DNA of 64,000 nt from Blepharisma stoltei ATCC 30299 (taxonomy: Eukaryota; Protista; Ciliophora), in assembly GCA_965603825.1 (NCBI GenBank), contig CBFDEM010000006.1:186001-250000 (forward strand). Reading direction: 5' to 3'. Shown in pieces: positions 62,089 to 64,000 of this stretch. The notes below the pieces were generated by a model. That model was not told the origin of the DNA and searched no databases. It saw only the letters and a list, made by a program, of their open reading frames with translations. Every line of letters begins with the position of its first letter. Position 1 is the first letter of the stretch. Position numbers and translations under genes: made by a program.

Positions 62089-62100
62089 TTATGGGATAAG
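62089..62100 (-). promoter_or_regulatory. USE/PSE-like element CTTATCCCATAA (copy 3)
   Basis: Lies at -53..-64 from the inferred start 62036. Confidence 0.7.
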
Positions 62101-62230
62101 TAACTATTAACGCATCTAATAAAAGTGGGTATCTTATAATAGGAGTAATTTATATTGAAAGGCTAATAAATTTAGCATTGAAATTATTTATAAATAGAAA
62201 TTACTATTTTATTCGCACTTAATATATAAA

Positions 62231-62968
62231 TTATAGGCTTCCTTCTAATTCATTTTTTTCTTCTTCATTAGAAGACGCAGAAGATTCATCAGATTCATTC
62301 TTAACTAATCTCTCAAACTCATCTCTAGCAATCTTAATGGCCTCCGCATTGGCGACTTTCAGCACCCATCTTCATTTGCAAGTCATTCCCAAGCGGCTTA
62401 AAAGTCCATTAGTTTTTAATCTTTGCTGATACAACTGATTAATCCATTTTCAAACTTTATCAAAAGTCCCAAAAATTTTATCGTCGTCTGTATACATATC
62501 AATATGAGTTATTGACTTCTGATGGCATCGCTTCACTGCTCTTCTAATATGTTTCAATAAGGATAATGCTCGCGATTTTTTGTAGTAAATATTCGTTACC
62601 TTATCGATAATCTCATTATTGGGAGATTTTATTAAATAAGTGCAAGCTATTGGACCTTGGAGCTTTTTCATATAATATGCGAGATATACAGAGCAGGTTT
62701 TTATGTATTTTGATATGTCTTCGTCTTCTTTTTTTATAGGAGGAGGGAGATCTTTAGAGGTTTTTCGGTCTGAAGCATCAAGTTCTTCAATGACGCTTGA
62801 ATTTGACGAGTCGGAATCGCTAAGGTCTAAAATTTCTTTGCTGGGGTGTTTTTCATGAATTGGCTCTGTAGGCTCGATTTTTGTTTTCTTTTGTGGAGCA
62901 CCAGGGCTTGGATGGTAAATTTCATCGAAGATTTTTCGCTTTGAAAATTTACTATTATTAGATAAAAA
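62231..62968 (-). CDS. RNase H-like fold protein, probably catalytically degenerate (paralogue B); start codon unresolved
   Basis: Frame is open 62968-62231 with TGA=Trp. Collinear with paralogue A (PQKKTKIEPTE vs PHKKIKLEPTE; ACTYLIKS; TNIYYKKSRALS; IDMYTDDD; WVLKVANAEAIKIARDEFE). Confidence 0.65.
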
Positions 62969-63048
62969 TTAATACAAATCACAGAATTTAAATTTGATAA
63001 GATTTAGCTTGCTCTGGGGGCTTAGAAACTTTAAATATAAGGTAAATT

Positions 63049-63789
63049 ATGATGGAAAGATTGCAATCAGAAAACAACCAAAAAAAGAGTTCAGACGATA
63101 TCTCTTTGCCTGCAAAAAGAATGCACCCTGAAGTCCTCATAGATGCATCAGAAACACTCAATCGAAGACAAAAACTTGACCCTGAAAATAAAAATCGAGG
63201 CTATTATATTCCCAGGGTGTGCATACCAGTAATCATTTCAACCAAAGAAAACCCATATAAAGCAGCCACTGCAAAAAAACAATCCAGTAGCTCTGAATTC
63301 TCTAATAATCCCTCACAAGCAGCCAAAACCATCTCAAAAGATAAGTCTGAATTAGTCGATTTAACAGAAGATTACCCATCAATGCCTAAACAGCCCGCAC
63401 CAATCGAGAAAAAATTAGATTTTAGTACTCCAACAATAAGCAAAGTCGTCATGAATAATATAGAAGCGTCAGAAACCCTCAAAATTCCTCAAAATACATT
63501 GGAAGAAAATAATCCTGACGATAGAATGGACATTGAGAGTGATACTGAAATAGAAAATTATAAAAATTTAAGAGTGACTGTATATGAAGACACTAGGACT
63601 GTGCTTGATAAGGATGAATTATTTAATCTTTGTGCTGAAAATCGCGTTTTAGAACGCTTTGATAAACTTGTGAAGAAATGCAGAGAAATTACTAATAATA
63701 AAAGACTTGAAGCAGCAGATGTGCTAAGGATTTTAATGGGAAACGATGGAGATACCAAAGATACGCTGCAGTATTTTGGTTATAAGTAA
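63049..63789 (+). CDS. Disordered nuclear-type protein with a C-terminal UBA/Rap1-C-like helical bundle
   Basis: Basic motifs, SIM-like LVDLTED, and C-terminal VLRILMGNDGDTKDTLQYF. Confidence 0.6.
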   Translation: MMERLQSENNQKKSSDDISLPAKRMHPEVLIDASETLNRRQKLDPENKNRGYYIPRVCIPVIISTKENPYKAATAKKQSSSSEFSNNPSQAAKTISKDKSELVDLTEDYPSMPKQPAPIEKKLDFSTPTISKVVMNNIEASETLKIPQNTLEENNPDDRMDIESDTEIENYKNLRVTVYEDTRTVLDKDELFNLCAENRVLERFDKLVKKCREITNNKRLEAADVLRILMGNDGDTKDTLQYFGYK

Positions 63790-63874
63790 TTTATGATAAT
63801 TTAAATTGTTCGAAATTCTCCATATAATCTTAAAAAATTTGCTTTAAACCGAGACCTAATTTTATTAATAACAA

Positions 63875-64000
63875 TTAATTCATCAGCTGTGCAAACTGTG
63901 CTTCATTATAATCAACTTCTAAAAGATTTACAACCATTTGATTCGCTTTTTCTTCCATTATTTGCTCTTCCTTTTGTTTCTTTATTTTGTCTTTCAGCAC
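63875..64000 (-). CDS. 3' end of a gene entering from beyond the window
   Basis: Open frame VLKDKIKKQKEEQIMEEK...QLMN-TAA. Confidence 0.55.
   Translation of the reverse strand: MLKDKIKKQKEEQIMEEKANQMVVNLLEVDYNEAQFAQLMN

Larger units (their letters stand above)
60981..62140. repeat. Tandem duplication, period about 579 bp, carrying RNA copies 2 and 3
   Basis: About 61190-61523 is nearly identical to about 61770-62102; the left parts of the units are more diverged. Confidence 0.92.

Noticed and set aside
60732-62140. CRISPR array or prokaryotic repeat-spacer system
   Set aside because: The host is eukaryotic, the units are about 580-640 bp with homologous rather than unique spacers, and no cas genes are present.
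59848-62968. Intact transposon with the RNase H-like genes as transposase
   Set aside because: No terminal inverted repeats, target-site duplication, DDE triad or RT domain is visible, and the proteins are short and diverged from each other.

Overview
This is a gene-dense, AT-rich eukaryotic window from a heterotrich ciliate macronuclear-type genome, most consistent with Blepharisma. In-frame TGA falls at invariant Trp positions (DHHCY-W, W-DTAGQE, W-VDYSSKYG, LP-W, WW domain). Genes end in TAA/TAG and carry 15-16 nt GT-AG introns. The supplied ORF track is therefore heavily fragmented, and I re-joined about 45 genes by hand, including PLK, ferlin, DDX6, H3/H4, CEP164, a Gtsf1-like gene, a P2X-like gene, TBC1D23/24-like genes and an SLC44 gene. 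The most novel-looking element is at about 59.8-63.0 kb. Two convergent paralogues encoding an apparently catalytically degenerate RNase H-like fold flank an array of three minus-strand 86-90 nt structured RNA genes. Each RNA gene has a fixed-distance upstream element (CTTATCCCATAA), a TATA-like box, a covarying terminal stem and a T5 terminator, and none matches an RNA family I recognise. All family assignments come from motif recognition by eye; no searches were run.
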